Shown piece after piece: positions 28,770 through 43,546 of a stretch of DNA of 64,000 bases (position 1 is the stretch's first letter; each line of letters starts with the position of its first letter). The position numbers and the translations under genes are program-made. Location: NCBI GenBank assembly GCA_050613775.1, contig JBODTK010000011.1:868001-932000 (forward strand), read 5' to 3'. Source of the DNA: Neocallimastix sp. 'constans'. Taxonomy: Eukaryota. The notes under the pieces are model-generated. The model saw only the letters and a list, made by a program, of their open reading frames with translations, was not told the DNA's origin and did no database searches.

Positions 28770-30335
28770 GTATTATTTATTTATTATTATTTATTTATAT
28801 TTATTATTTATTATTATTTATTTATTATTATTTATTATTATTTATTTATTTATTATTATTAATTATTATTTATTATTTAATTATTTATTATTCAATTATT
28901 TATTATTTTTTAGTTATTATTTAATTATTTATTATTTATTATTTATTTATTATTATTTATTAATTATTAATAAATACTCTTTTTATTATTATTTTATTAT
29001 TTATTTATTTATTATTTATTATTCAATTATTTATTCAATTATTTATTCAATTATTTATTCAATTATTTATTTTTGTATTATATTTTCTTTTACAATTAAT
29101 CATATAATTTTTTTTTTATTTTATTTTATTTTATCTTTCATTGGATAAAAACTTGAATTTTTTTTTATTCAATAAAAGATAAAATAAAATAAAGCTTCAA
29201 ATAGTTAAAATACAAATACAAATACGTAAAAAATAAAAAATTTTTTTTTCATAAATATAATAGTAATTAATTATTTAATTATTTAATTATTTAATTATTT
29301 AATTATTCATTTATTTATTATTTAATTATTTAATTATTTAATTATTTAATTATTCAATTATTTATTATTTATTATTTATTATTGAATATATAATAACTTA
29401 TTTCTAAAATTAAAAATAAATAAATAAGATCTTCATAAAAAAAATATTTTATACAATTTTGAATTTTAGAAATAAGTTATTATATATTAATTATTTGTTT
29501 ATTTAATTATTTATTATTTGTTTATTTAATTATTTATTGAAGTTATTATTTGTTTTGTAGCTAAAACGAATTAATAATAAACAAAAAAATGAAATAAGGT
29601 TTAAAAATTGATTCTATATTAATTATGACTTCTGTTTTAAAATAAATTATAATTCTATTATTTTAATTCAATTAATTAACTTTATTTATTATTATTTATT
29701 ATTTATTAATAAATACTCTTCTTATTATTTATTATTTATTATTTATTAATAAATACTCTTTTTATTATTTAATTATTTATTAATAAATACTCTTTTTATT
29801 TATTATTTATTATTTATTAATAAATACTCTTTTTATTATTATTATTTATTAATAAATACTCTTTTTATTATTATTTATTATTTATTATTTATTATTTATT
29901 ATTTATTATTTATTATTTATTATTTATTATTTATTATTCAATTATTTATTATTTATTAATTATTATTTATTAATTATTATTTATTATTTATTATTCAATT
30001 ATTTATTATTTTATTATTTTATTATTTATTATTCAATTATTTATTATTTTATTATTTATTATTTATTATTTATTATTTATTATTTATTATTTATTATTTA
30101 TTATTTATTATTCAATTATTTATTATTTATTATTTATTATTTATTATTTATTATTCAATTATTTATTATTTATTATTTATTATTTATTATTTATTATTTA
30201 TTATTTATTATTTATTATTTATTATTTATTATTTATTATTTTATTATTTATAATTAATTATTTATTATTTATTATTATTAATAAATACTCTTTTTATTAT
30301 TATTTATTATTTAATTATTTATTATTTATTATATC
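28770..30335. repeat. (ATTTATT)n 7-bp satellite region with interspersed AATAAATACTCTTTTT units
   Basis: 7-bp periodicity, reverse complement of the 9340-9752 unit. The TACTCT motif recurs at about 28975, 29713, 29753, 29787, 29825, 29858 and 30286. Confidence 0.85.
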
Positions 30336-31293
30336 AATAATTTAATATAAATAATTACAAAAAAGGAAAAGAAATAATATCAAAATAATAATAAACTGTA
30401 ATAATAATAAATAATTGTTAATCATTGTTAATAATAATTAATATAAAAATAATAAATAATAAAATTTTTTAATATATATTCATTTCCATAAATGGAATAA
30501 TCATTCCATCGATGATGTATGACAAGTAAAATTTTTTAATTTTTTTTAATTTAAAATTTCTTTTATATTGATTAATTTTCACTTTCACTTAAAATTTATT
30601 TTATGGATGATCTTTACTTGATTGTTGCTAACCATTCCTTTACTATCTACTACGTTGAGATAGATTTATTATTCAAATGATTATTCAATTACTATTACTA
30701 TTACTACTATTTAATTATTAATAAATACTTTTTTTTTTATTCAATTATTCAATTATTTTATTTTTATTATTCCAGATAGTATAGAATATCATTAATTATT
30801 AAGATTTTATTATAGAAACAATATTTAAAAGAAAAATATTAGAGCAATAAACACCAAATAACTATTAAATAAGTTTTTATTTTTTATTATGGAGAAGTAA
30901 TTTTTTAAACACATTTCAGATATAATAAGAGTAATCATATATATTTTTTTTATTTTTATCATTTTGTTTTTCCTTTTTTTAAAAGATTTTTTTTTCTTTC
31001 TTTATTCTAGTTGTGTCAGTCCTAAAACTGTAATATTTATTTTTATTATATTTTTAATTTTAATATTATTATTTTTTTATTTTATTTTTAATTTAAATAT
31101 TATTATTTTTTTTATATTTTTTTTTTTTTTTTTATTTTTTTAAAAAATTGTATCATTAATAAAAAAAAAAAATTTAAATTACAATTTAATATAATAAAAA
31201 TTAAAAATAAATTAAATTTTAAATGAAAATATAAAAAATTTTATAATATTAAATTTAAAATAATTAAATTAAAATTATATCGAAATTAATTAT

Positions 31294-31324
<31 letters not shown>

Positions 31325-31657
31325 GATATAAAATGAAGGAAAAAGTAACAATTTTAGATTTTAAAAAAAAAAAATATTAAAATTAAAAAACGAAATTATT
31401 AAAAAAAAAAAAAAATTAGCATTATATGAATACTTTTATATGTTAGTATTATAAATATTATATTATATATAAATGTTATTTAATTTATTGTTAATGCTTA
31501 AAAAATAATAAAAAAAAATACATATAAAATTATATATTTTAAAAAAAAAAAAAAAATGAATATTTTACATTATTTTATAATATTATATGTCATATGTATA
31601 AAATATATAACTTATATTTTATTATTTTAGATTCTATTTTAAATTATTGTTTACAAA

Positions 31658-33755
31658 ATGAATTTTAAACAAGTTAGTATAATTCTTTCTTTTCTTTCCT
31701 TCGATTTGATGGTTTTGTCTACCCCTATAAAAGAAAATGATTCAAAATTTGTTAATATTTCTGATAAAGAAACAGTAATTACTCCAAATGTATATAATTA
31801 TGAAGTATATGGTGAAAAAGAAATAGTTGATTCTCCTATCAATGATTCTGAAATTGATTTCTTTAAAATTCCTAATATTTTTTCTGATGAAGAAGATATT
31901 GGAATTCCAGATATTAATTTACAAGATGAGGATGTAAATTACGACTAACTATTTTTTAAATATCATATATACTATTATAATGTATACTTTTATTAATACT
32001 TTATTTAATTTATAAATTTTATAATTAAAATATGTACTTTTATATTCAAAAATAACAATAAAAAAAAAAAAAAGTTTTGCGAGTCTAATAAATATTTTGA
32101 AAATTCAACAAATATTCTAAATAATATCAACATGTCTATTGATTCATGTGATTTAATATTTCGTAATTGGGAGGTAAAAATTATAATATATATATATATA
32201 TATATTTTCTGATAAAACAACATCCTATATAATATAATTATATATAATTATATATAAAATATTTTAAATATAAATAATTAATATTTTAATCAATATATAT
32301 ATATATTGTTTTTGCCATTTTTACTTATTCATATAATAAAGAGTGAAAATGATATTCCAGAATTCAAATCTTATATCGATGCTCTTGAAATAGGTGTTCT
32401 CAATAATAATGTAATAAATATTTTATTAATTAAATTAAAAAATATCAAATAATAATGATAATAATAATAATTATAATAATAATAATAATAATAATAATTA
32501 TAATAATAATAGAAATTGTAAAAGTAAAAGTTATAAAAAAATTTATTTAGTAATAATAATAAATTATATTATTAATTTTATATGATAATAATTATATTAT
32601 TAATATTAATATTAAAGGAAATATTACCAGATCCTCTTGAAAGCAAATATTCCATGAATGAAAAATCAAATGTTAATAAATATGATGATGATAATGATGA
32701 AACTATATTTAATCAATTTAAATCAATATATAACTTTTGGGATACGGAAATATTTAATGAAAAAGAAAATATATCAATAATAAATTTACTTAGTCATTTA
32801 GGAATTTATGAAAATAAATCCAATTATAATGATGTTGATAAATTTACTAATTTATTAGTCGATATTCATAATTATAATACAGATGCTTTATTTAATATTG
32901 AAGTTTTAGTTGATTCAGAAAACCCAAATATTAATACATTTTATCTTATTCAATCTGGTTTAAGTTTACCAAGTAAAGAGTATTATGAAAATCCTGAATA
33001 TATTTTAAAATATAAAGAAATCGTGAAAAATACATTTTCAAATATATTTTGTGATACACGCACTGAAAGTGATATCGATTCCTTAGCTGAATTAGCTGTC
33101 GAATTCGAGAAAAAACTAGCAGCGATTAATATATCAACGTAAGTTTTTATTTATAATATTATTAATTAATAATATATTATATCATATAATTTATTTAATT
33201 TATTTAAATAATTCTTTTTTTTTTTTTTTTTTTTTTTTTTTGTATTTAATAATAACAATAATCGATTTTAATTCACCTATATTATATATATTAAATAATT
33301 AATATTACAGTAAAGATTTACAAGATATGAATAAACAATTCAATAAAAGTAATATTAATGATTTAATAAAAAAGTATTCAAATATTAATTGGAAATTATA
33401 TTTCGAGAAAAGATTTAAATCCTCCAAAATTAAAAATAAAATTAACAATGATTCAATAATTATTGATGCCACTCCGCAATATATGGAAAGTTTAAATAAA
33501 CTTCTTTCTGATACAGACGTTGAAACGTTATCGGCATATACTGAATTGTAATCATTAAAATAAATTTTTATATTTATATAAAGAATAGGCATAATTTATA
33601 TTTATATATATATATATTATTAATTATATAGGTGTATTATTAGAACTTATATTGGATATGTTGTTAATAATATTCAGTTACCAATTAAAACGCTGAAACA
33701 GTTGATAGAAGGTATATATATAACTATATTTATTAATGTATATATTTTATAAAAA

Positions 33756-33786
<31 letters not shown>

Positions 33787-34800
33787 AAAATAAAAAAATA
33801 AAAAAATAAAAAAATAAATAAAAAAATAAAAAAATAAAAAAATAAAAAAAAATAAAAAAATAAAAATAAAATAAAAAAATAAAAATAAAAATAAAATAAA
33901 AATAAAATAAAAATAAAAAAAATGTATATATATTGTGTTATATGTTATATATGTTAATATATATTATATTTAATGTTTAGATGTTAGCATCGATTCTACC
34001 AAAACTGAAAATTATATTGATATAATTAATAATAGAATGGACTTACATTCTGATAAATATAATGCTAAACCAATTTTTAATAATAAAAATAATAAATCCA
34101 TAAAAGAAATTATCAAATATATAAAGGAAGCTATGATAAATAAAATTCAACAAATGAAATGGATTGAAAATAAACCAAAATATACCACGATGGAAATAAT
34201 TGATACCATTGTTGACAAAAATAATTATTCCAATTATTTATCATATCTTAAAAAGCTCAATAATAAATTTGAAAAACTAAAATTCGATTCTTACAATTGT
34301 TATTACTCGAATAGCGATAAAAGAATTAATGAAAATTTTGAAAATAAATGCAAATTAATTCCAATAGTTAGTATTATTAAAATTATATTTGATAACATAG
34401 ATAATATTAATAAATAATAATAATATAATATAATTATTATAATAATAATAATATTAATAATAATAATAATAATAATAATAATTGTCTATTTATTCATTTA
34501 TATATATTTATTTATTTAAATAATCCTAATTATATTCAATGAATTTTAAATTCTTTTAAATTAACAATAACATAAGGATTTCAATTCAAAATATGGAATG
34601 CCATTAAATTCCATAAATTTTATAGAAAATCTATTTCAACCATTTTTCTTGAATACTAATAATTCCAACTTAAATTATAATAGTATGGATATGGAGGACC
34701 ATGAATTATTGTATGCTCCTAAATGTTCTGGAAAAGATGGTGTATTTAAGGCAAAAAACCTTAACTATTGGGTATTTGCAACTTTAAATTAAATAATAAC

Positions 34801-34859
<59 letters not shown>

Positions 34860-35242
34860 AAATTTTATTAATAATAACAAAGTAAAATAACTAATAATTA
34901 AATTATTTTTTTATTTAAATAAAAATTAAATTTATATACATATCTCTTATAGTGGTTATGCTCCTTTATTAAAAATAAAAAAAAAATATGGCAACGTGTT
35001 TTTGATGAGTAAGTATTTTCATAATTATTCTACGATTACTGGTTGCTTAACCTGTTTTATTAAAAATAAATAATTTATAACTATTTATACATTATTAATA
35101 CTATTTTTATTTAATACTTTTATAAATTTTATATATATATATATATATATAAAAAGATATTTATATTATATTAAAAACAAAGAATGCAAAAAGTATATCA
35201 ACGTAAGTATGATATATTTTTTGTTTTTAACGCAATTAGTAA
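31658..35242 (+). CDS. Secreted M13 (neprilysin/endothelin-converting enzyme-like) peptidase homologue, degenerate active site, about 11 exons
   Basis: Signal peptide; NINMSIDSCD...NW (the DPC region); LIQSGLSLPSKEYY; AVEFEKKLAAI; INWKLYF; NSINF...FQPFF...LNY...HELLY in place of HELTH. The last three exons are less certain. Confidence 0.72.
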
Positions 35243-36155
35243 CTCAAAGTTTTTTGAAGAAATTGATAAAATACATAAGTGAATCCAAAAAATAAATACT
35301 TGATTTGGTGAACAAACAAACAAATAATAATAATAATAATAAATAAATAAATAAAAATATTATAAAAAGAAATAAGTAAAGATATTATAAAAGATATTAA
35401 TAATAATAAAATAAAAAAAATTAGAAAAAATAAAATAAAAAAATAAAAAAGTAGTAAAATAAAATAAAGCACACCAAAAAAAAAAAAAAAAAAAAAAAAA
35501 AAATTATAATTTTTTCAAAAACAAAATAATACTAATTATATATATATTATACATAAATATTAACTAAAATATAATAAGAAATTATATAGTAATATAGTAT
35601 AGTTTATTTTTAATAAAATAAATATAAATAAAATTTATTATTTATAATAAATTTAAAATAATTTAGATAGTTATTAATATTATAGTATTATAAATTATTA
35701 ATTTTATTTTTAAAAAAAATAGAAGTTTATAAACTTTTTATTTTTTTAAAAAATATAAAATTATAAATATATATATATATATATAAATTACAAATCATAA
35801 TAAAAGTTAATAATAATTACAATATAGTAAAAAAAAAATTAAATAAGATATAAATAAGAATTAAAATAAAAATAAAGGTTAAAATAAAATTTAAAATAAA
35901 AATTAAAATAAAAATTAAAATAAAAATTAAAATAAAAATTAAAATAAAAATTAAAATAATAATTAAAATAAAAATTAAAATAAAAATTAAAATAAAATTA
36001 AAAAGAATTAAAAAAAAAAAAAAAAAAAAACTATATGAATCATCTATTTTATTCATTCATTTATTTATTATTTATTTATTTAATCTGTTTATTTATTTAT
36101 TTATTTATTATTATTATTATTGTTATTATTATTATTATTATTATTAATATTATTA

Positions 36156-36199
<44 letters not shown>

Positions 36200-36206
<7 letters not shown>

Positions 36207-38780
36207 GCTTTATTAAATTTAGATCTATAATAATATTCCTTATGGAATATGGTATACAAGGGAAATAAGTGTATGATCTATCTTTCAGCTTTAAATAAGT
36301 AATAAAGTCACATGTTACTACATGCGTTTTCCATAACATAAAATAAATTAAAAATTAATTAAATAAATATTAAAAGATAATTAACATAGATTTATACAAG
36401 ACGAAATCATTAAATATAAATAAATAAATACACATAAATATAAATACTATAAATAAATAAATTAAATATATAGTTAAATTATGAGTGCAGTCAACACTCC
36501 CCCTCAAATAATATTTTTAGATAAAAATGTTGTTTGTAAATTTTTGTATCTTTGGTCCATTTGAGTCCTTGGTTAATATGTCCGCTAGCATATTTTCAGT
36601 ATCAATATATTCTAATTTTACTTTCTTCTTTGCAATATTGTCCCTGTTGAAATGATATCTTACACTTATATGCTTTAATTTTGTATTTATTTCTCTGTTC
36701 TCCATTATTTTCTTACTTGCTTGATTATCTGTATCGATTTTAACAGTTATCCATTTATTTAAAATTTCTTTTATTATATTTCTAATCCATAATATTTTCT
36801 TTATATTTTCGGAAGTGTTTACGTACTCTGCTTCAGCAGTAGACGTAGCAACACTTGTTTGTTTCTTGGACAACCAGCATATCGGACTTGTTCCCATTAG
36901 TATTATTCCTCCTGAGGTAGATTTTCTATCTTCCAAACAGCCGGCAAAGTCAGAGTCGGTATATGCAACAAAGCTCCCCCTTTCCATTATATTCTATCTT
37001 AAATTCTTTAGTACTGTTAATATATTTTAGAATATTTATTATTTTGTTCCAATCCGATATAGTTGGACTTTCACATTTTCTTGAAGCTTTATTTACAGCG
37101 AAAGCTATGTCATGGTCTAGTACATTTCGAAAGGTATATTAAGGAACCTATTGCGCTTTTATAGATTGTTTTATCGAAAGGTTTATTGTTTTTCTGATAT
37201 TTTATTATCACCAGTACATGGTGCTTTTCTTTTCTTTGTATTATCAATATTAAATTTATATAACATATTATTTATAAAATTTTTCTGTGAAATAATATAT
37301 GAATTATTTTCTTTTCTTTACTTCAATTCCTAATATGTATTCAATTGGATCACATTTAGATATTTTATATTTTGATTTTATTTTATTTATTATTTGTTTA
37401 ATGTATTCGTTTTCCCCAGCAATGACCATGTCGTCCACATATAAACCGATAAAGCATTTTGTTATATTATTTTTTTGTAAATTTGAAAATACATTGTTCG
37501 GATTTAATTTGAATGAACTCATTTTTTATTAGGAATTTTCTAATGACATGATACCATTGTCTACCAGATTGCTTAAGGCCATACAAAGCGCGTATCGCCT
37601 TTAGGAATAGTAGTATAAATATCTTTATCAAACGGAGCATTAAGGTAAGCGGCCTTTTATATCTAGCTGGAAAATATTCCACTTAAGAGCAGCAGAAATA
37701 GCAAATATTAGTTTAAGACCATCAATGTTTAGAGTAGGAGAATAAGTTAATTCATAATCGATTCCTCATTTTTTGTTTAAATTCACGAGCAACTAAAAGA
37801 GCTTTATATTTATAAATATTATTATTTGAATCACGTTTAGTGTTGAAAACCCATTTTGTGGAAATGATGTTTTTGTTTTTAGGTACATTTTTAACAAAAG
37901 TCATAATATTATTAGAATAAAGGCTATTAAGTTCATCATTAATAGCCTCAATTCCAGTTATTCTTGTCTTCACTGTTTATTGCTTCTTCATATGTATTGG
38001 GAATGTGACAAAATATAGAAGAAGTAATAATAATGTCGTTGATTTGGTCTAGTTTTCTACGAGTACTGATATTAGTAGGTGCAGTCTCTTTATATTTTGG
38101 ACTAAGTGGTCTTTTATTGATATTGTCATATTCTGTATTGGCTACAATGTCATCCATAATTTCATCTTTATTAAAATCAATAACATTTGATGCATCTATA
38201 AGAGATTTGTGGGCATAATTTTCTTTGTTTATTATATTATTGTTGTTAAATTTATTATTTATTTCGTTATTATTAGTAAGTGAAATTTTGTCTGATTTTT
38301 TGAGAAATTTGGTTGGTTGAAGAATCGTTTATTAAAGGTAAATTCTGATTAATATTATATGGAAGAGTTATATTTTTAAGATTTTCCATTACCGTATTTT
38401 TATTATCTGAAGGAATATTTTTGATATCTATTGTAGGAGTGGAGAAATTATAGGTTTTCTTCATAGAGTCGCTGGGTTTTGAATTTTGTTGAATTAATTC
38501 AATTATTTTTCGATAAAAAATTTTTATTAATTAAATTTTGATCATTTTTTTGGTTAAATTTTTGATATTCATTGATTTATTTGAATTATTAATAGATTTA
38601 TGTGAATCATTATTGTTGTCATATGTTTTATGTGATTCATTAGTGTTATTTGAAATTATTGAATTATTTGATAATTTTTTGATATGATATGGATGTGATT
38701 TTGCTTCAGCTAATAGATTTTCTTGAAAATTTTCTTCATTTTTTGAAAAATTTTTATTATTAAAATATTTTTTCATATTA
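36200..38780 (-). mobile_element. Ty1/copia LTR retrotransposon remnant (RT, RNase H, PPT, 3' LTR), 5'-truncated
   Basis: Fragments IISTKWVF..YKALLVAR, ALYGLKQSGRQW, GLYVDDM, AYTDSDFAG..DRKSTSG, ATSTAEAEY, KHISVRYHF and MLADILTK, with many frameshifts. PPT GAGGGGGAG is followed by TGTTGA at 36496. The left LTR boundary is approximate. Confidence 0.92.
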
Positions 38781-38902
38781 TTATTATTTAAATATTTAAT
38801 ATTTTTAAATATTTAAAATTTAAATGTTTATAATCTAAAAATTAATTACTTTTTTATTATTTAATTATTTATTAATTTTTAATTTTCATTCTTTATAATC
38901 GA

Positions 38903-39295
38903 TGGTCCATTACATTGAATTTCTAGTTTGTTAAAGGTAAATATACTAATATTCCAAATAACACTCAATAATTTATTATTATTAAATTATTTAATTTCTT
39001 TCTTATTTATTATTTTATTTGATTTACTCTTTATTTATTATAAAATTTTAAATCTCAATTTCTCTTGATCTCAATTTCCCTAAATTGAGATCTCACTAAA
39101 TATCGAAATTATTTTTATTTTTAGTTTAATTATTTAACCTCTCTCTTTTAATTAAATTATTTCTAAATTCCATATATATTAAAAATTTTATACATTAAAA
39201 TTTTGTACAACTTTGTACTACATTTATGATTATTAATATTTATTTTCTACGCTAAGGCTATGTTAATTTTATAAATTTCAATTGGTCTCGTACCA
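38903..39295. mobile_element. Probable solo LTR (TGGT...ACCA)
   Basis: Inverted TG..CA termini; flanked by ATCGA on the left and ATCG on the right. Confidence 0.5.
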
Positions 39296-39299
39296 ATCG

Positions 39300-40157
39300 T
39301 GTTGAGGTTCATATTGTAAAAGGAGTGTGAACCATAATAAATAGATAAATTAACTAACTATATTACACTAAAGAAATTATTACTACACATTATTAATTTT
39401 ATTTAAAGAACTATTATTGCAAATATTTATTATTTATAAATTATTATTTTATTGTTAAAAATAACTTTATTAATATTAATATTTATTTTAATAACAATAT
39501 GGGAAACCCTTCTATTTTATTATCAATACTATATCTCCTAATTATTATCAATACTATATCTCCTATAAAAATAATTTTTAATAAATATTTATATTTGATA
39601 CGGTACCACCATAAATTCCATAATTTAGTGAAAATTAGGTTAGAAATTATTTGATGAAATCTTATTGGTTAATAATAATTTAATAATATTATATATAGTT
39701 AGTAAATAATAATAGTTTAAAGAATGGTTCTTTTATTAATATTAATTTAGTTTTATTAATAATTTAACCTATAAACATGTTTATTAGTATAGTTTAGTGT
39801 AGTTTTATGTTTAATTTACATTAATAACATAAGAGATTTTAGTAATTAATTATATTTTATTGAATGATTTAATTATATTTTAACTAGTTAACAAATATTT
39901 ATATTGATGATGTATTTTTATTGATGAATGATAATAAATAAATAAAATAAATAAACTAAATATTAAAGTGTGAATATTATTATTGTGTGTATTATTCTGT
40001 ATAATATTAGAATATATTATTTTGTCAATTATTTCCTACTGTTATCGTCCAAATAAAATAAAATAAAATAAATATTGATATTGATGTTTAATAAAAATAT
40101 CGTATCATATTAATAATTTTTCTATTATTCTCTATTATTTCTACTGGACATGCATCA
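39300..40157. mobile_element. Two abutting LTR-like pieces (TGTTGAGGTTC at 39300; TGATACGGTA at 39596 to GCATCA at 40157)
   Basis: The start at 39300 matches the LTR terminus at 58772. The start at 39596 is the reverse complement of the LTR terminus at 45101-45110. Confidence 0.5.
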
Positions 40158-40160
40158 GTC

Positions 40161-41019
40161 TGTAAGAATCTATAATTATTTGCTAACAAATAATTATATT
40201 TTCTTAGTTAAGTTATTATAACTATAACTTTATTTAATTACATATAATATTTATTCATTAAATTTATTTTTAAATATTCATTAATTTAACAAAATTTATT
40301 TAATTAATTTTAAATAATATATTTACAATATATTAATTTCTCTACTGTAACTAATGTATTCTGTATTGTATTGTATTCTGTATTTTATAATGTATTCTGT
40401 ATTTTATTAACTATTTAATTTTATATTTTTAATATAAGGATAAATTATATGATCGAAATATCTTTTATTATTTTATTCTTTTATTTTCGATCATTAGTTT
40501 AGATTGGAAAATCGGTTAATTAAGATTTTTTCCAATTACTTTTTAGAAGTAATCGGTTTTACTTAATTAATGCGATGATCGATATGGATAGAATATCGAT
40601 CGAAAACTTATCTAGGTTTTTTTATCTAATCTTTTCCTAGGTAAGAGATTTGTTAAGATTAGAAAACCCTTTCTTATTTAACCTTATTTTCATAAAAAAT
40701 TATAAATAAGGCTCTCGAGTTCTCTTTGAGAAATCAAGAGTTATTATTATAAAAACATAGTTATAATAGTAACAATTTTATATTTTAACTTTAATAAATT
40801 AATAAAATATTTTATTCAAAAAATATATTTTAAAATCAAATTTATACAAATAATTCTTCTTTTGCTTCTCGTGTTATTATTATAATTAATTTTATAATAA
40901 ACTCTAAAGGTAAAAAAAATTTATCTTATTTTATTTTCTATTTTCTCAACTTAATGAATTAGTCGTTAAGTTGTAGTTAATAATTCTATTTTGAGTTAGT
41001 TCTTAATAGAATTATTACA
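40161..41019. mobile_element. Solo LTR (TGTAA...TTACA), diverged relative of 42583-43540
   Basis: 5-bp terminal inverted repeat; flanks CAGTC/CAGAC (5-bp TSD, one mismatch); shared internal blocks such as CGATGATCGATATG..AGAATATCGATC. Confidence 0.75.
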
Positions 41020-41026
41020 CAGACGA

Positions 41027-42580
41027 TGATAAATAACAAAATTATTAAATTAAAATAAATAATAAAGAACAAATTCTTGTCTAACTTAACCCAAAAATTA
41101 ATCCATTCTAAAAAAAAAATTAAATCCATATTAAAGAAAATTTAATTAAATAAAAATAATTAAAATAAAATAATAATAAATTAATTAATCATTAATAATT
41201 TTGATTAAAAACTAAAATAAATTAATAAACAATATTTTTCTAAAACTACAAATAAACAAAATAATAAACAAATTTAATAAATTATAAATAACAAATAAAC
41301 AAACTTATAAACATCTCAAAATTAAAATTAAATAGTTAAATAATTTTTAAGTTACTTTTATTTAAAATAATGATTATTTTATTTATTTTATAACTCAACT
41401 TTTATAAATAAATTGTAATTAAAATAACATTTTAAAACTCATCTTTATTAATATTTTAATTGTAAATATTGTTTAATTTAATAATAAATTATTCTTTATT
41501 TCTCTTTTATTAATTTTATTATTTTTAATGTAAATAGTTTAAAATCAAAGAAAAATATAAAAACATGTAAATATTTCTTTTAAATTATTCTTTATTATTA
41601 ATTATTTAATAAATTATTATAGATATTTTATTAGTTTTAATAATCAAAAAGTATGATTATTAATTATTTAATAAATTATTATATATATTTTATTAGTTAT
41701 TAATAATCAATTTTATTATTAAAATTTAAAAATAAATGAATATAAATAATAAATATTTCATTTTATTATTTTATTAGTTTTAACAATTATTTTATTAATT
41801 TAAACAAAATTAATTATTTAATAAATAAAGATTAATATTAAAATAAAAATTTTTTTTTTTTTAATAAAACATTTTTGTGTTTAATAATAAAACATATTTA
41901 TTTTTGTTTTTTTAAATTTCTTAAATCTATTTTATTCAGTATTTATCCTCTTATTCACTTCTACAAAATTTAATTTTGTAGATTAAGAATATCAGGTATA
42001 AATCAGTCGATGAAACAGATTGAAAATAAAGTTAATTTAGTAATTTCTTACTAAAAGTCTTTATTCTTATGTTCAAATATAACTAGATATACTAGTTAAT
42101 AAAAAAAAAAAATAAAAGTAATTTTAATTTTATTTAAATATTTTATTAAGTAATTTAAAATAATTAAATCAAATTGTTATTGATTTATTAATACATTTTG
42201 TTTTATTAAGATTATAATTTATTAAAAATAATCATTTTAAAATATTATTATTAATATTATCTAATTTTTATAATGGCTAATTAGGAACAATTTTTAAAAC
42301 TATTAATTTTTATTTCTATTTATATTAATTTTTATATTTATACTCTGTTTATAAATAATAAATTAACTATTAATAATAAACAATTAAATAAACAATTATT
42401 GTTTATTTTATATTATTTTAATCTAATTATTATTAATTATGTATTATTTAAATATTTAATATTTTTATAATTTAAATGTTTATAATCTAAAAATTAATTA
42501 ATTTATTATAATTTAATTATTTATTATTTTAAAATTCCATTTTATAATTATTTTTAATTTTTAATTTTCATTCTTTATCA
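41027..42580. mobile_element. Solo LTR-like repeat (TGATAAA...TTTATCA)
   Basis: 7-bp terminal inverted repeat. The right end recurs at ~38781-38898; the left ~590 bp recurs inverted at 43913-44504. Confidence 0.7.
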
Positions 42581-42582
42581 TC

Positions 42583-43540
42583 TGTAAGAAATAATAATTA
42601 TTTACTAATAAATAATTATTATTTCTTAGTCTTTATAATTATTGATAATAATTATAAATTTATTTAAATTATAATTAATTCATACATTGAAATATTATTA
42701 TCAAATTTATTAAAAATATAATTATTCATACACTAAAATAATATTAAAAAATTTATTTAAATAACTATTATATATTCTTTTATTAATATTATTAATTTTA
42801 TTTAGTTATTCATTTAATTATCAAGTTAATGTAACCATTAGTTTTATTTATTTTGTACATTGTACATTTAAAAGAACAATTAATAAGTTTTTTTATTTTT
42901 TAAAGATAGTTTTATGTTAATAAGTTTAGATTAGATTTTAAAAATAATATTTAGAAAAATAGAATAATTTAGATCATTCCGGTTATTATTGATTTTTCCT
43001 TTTATTTGATGATCTAAATTAAAATTTAGAAAATCGATATATTAAGGTTTTATCCAAATATAAAATAATATATTTGGTTTTACTTAATATATACGATGAT
43101 CGATATGAATAGAATATCGATCAAAACTTATCTAGTTTTTTCTTCTAATCTTTTTCTAGATAAGATAATTTTTAAGATTAGAACAACTTTTTATTTAACC
43201 TTAATTCAATAAAAAAAATATAAAAAGGGCTCTTGATTTCTCTTTAAGAAATCAAGAGTTATTATTATAAAAAAGATAGTTATAATAATAACAATATTAC
43301 ATTCTAAACTTTAATAAATTAATAAAATATTTTTTTCAAAAACATATTTTTTAAAACCAACTTTAACTTTATACAAATATTTCTTCCTTTGGTTTTTGTG
43401 TTGTTATTATAATTAATTTTATAATAAACTCTCTTTTAGGTAAAATTTTTATTTTTATTTTATTTCTCAACTTAATGAATTAGTCATTAAGTTGAAGTTA
43501 ATAATCATATTTAGTAATAGAACTTAGTATGATTATTACA
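42583..43540. mobile_element. Solo LTR (TGTAA...TTACA) with perfect 5-bp TSD
   Basis: TCATC at 42578-42582 and 43541-43545. Confidence 0.82.
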
Positions 43541-43546
43541 TCATCG

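Noticed and set aside
35236..36339. Hydrophobic Ile/Phe/Leu ORFs that look like membrane proteins
   Set aside because: They derive from AT simple repeats and show no family motifs.
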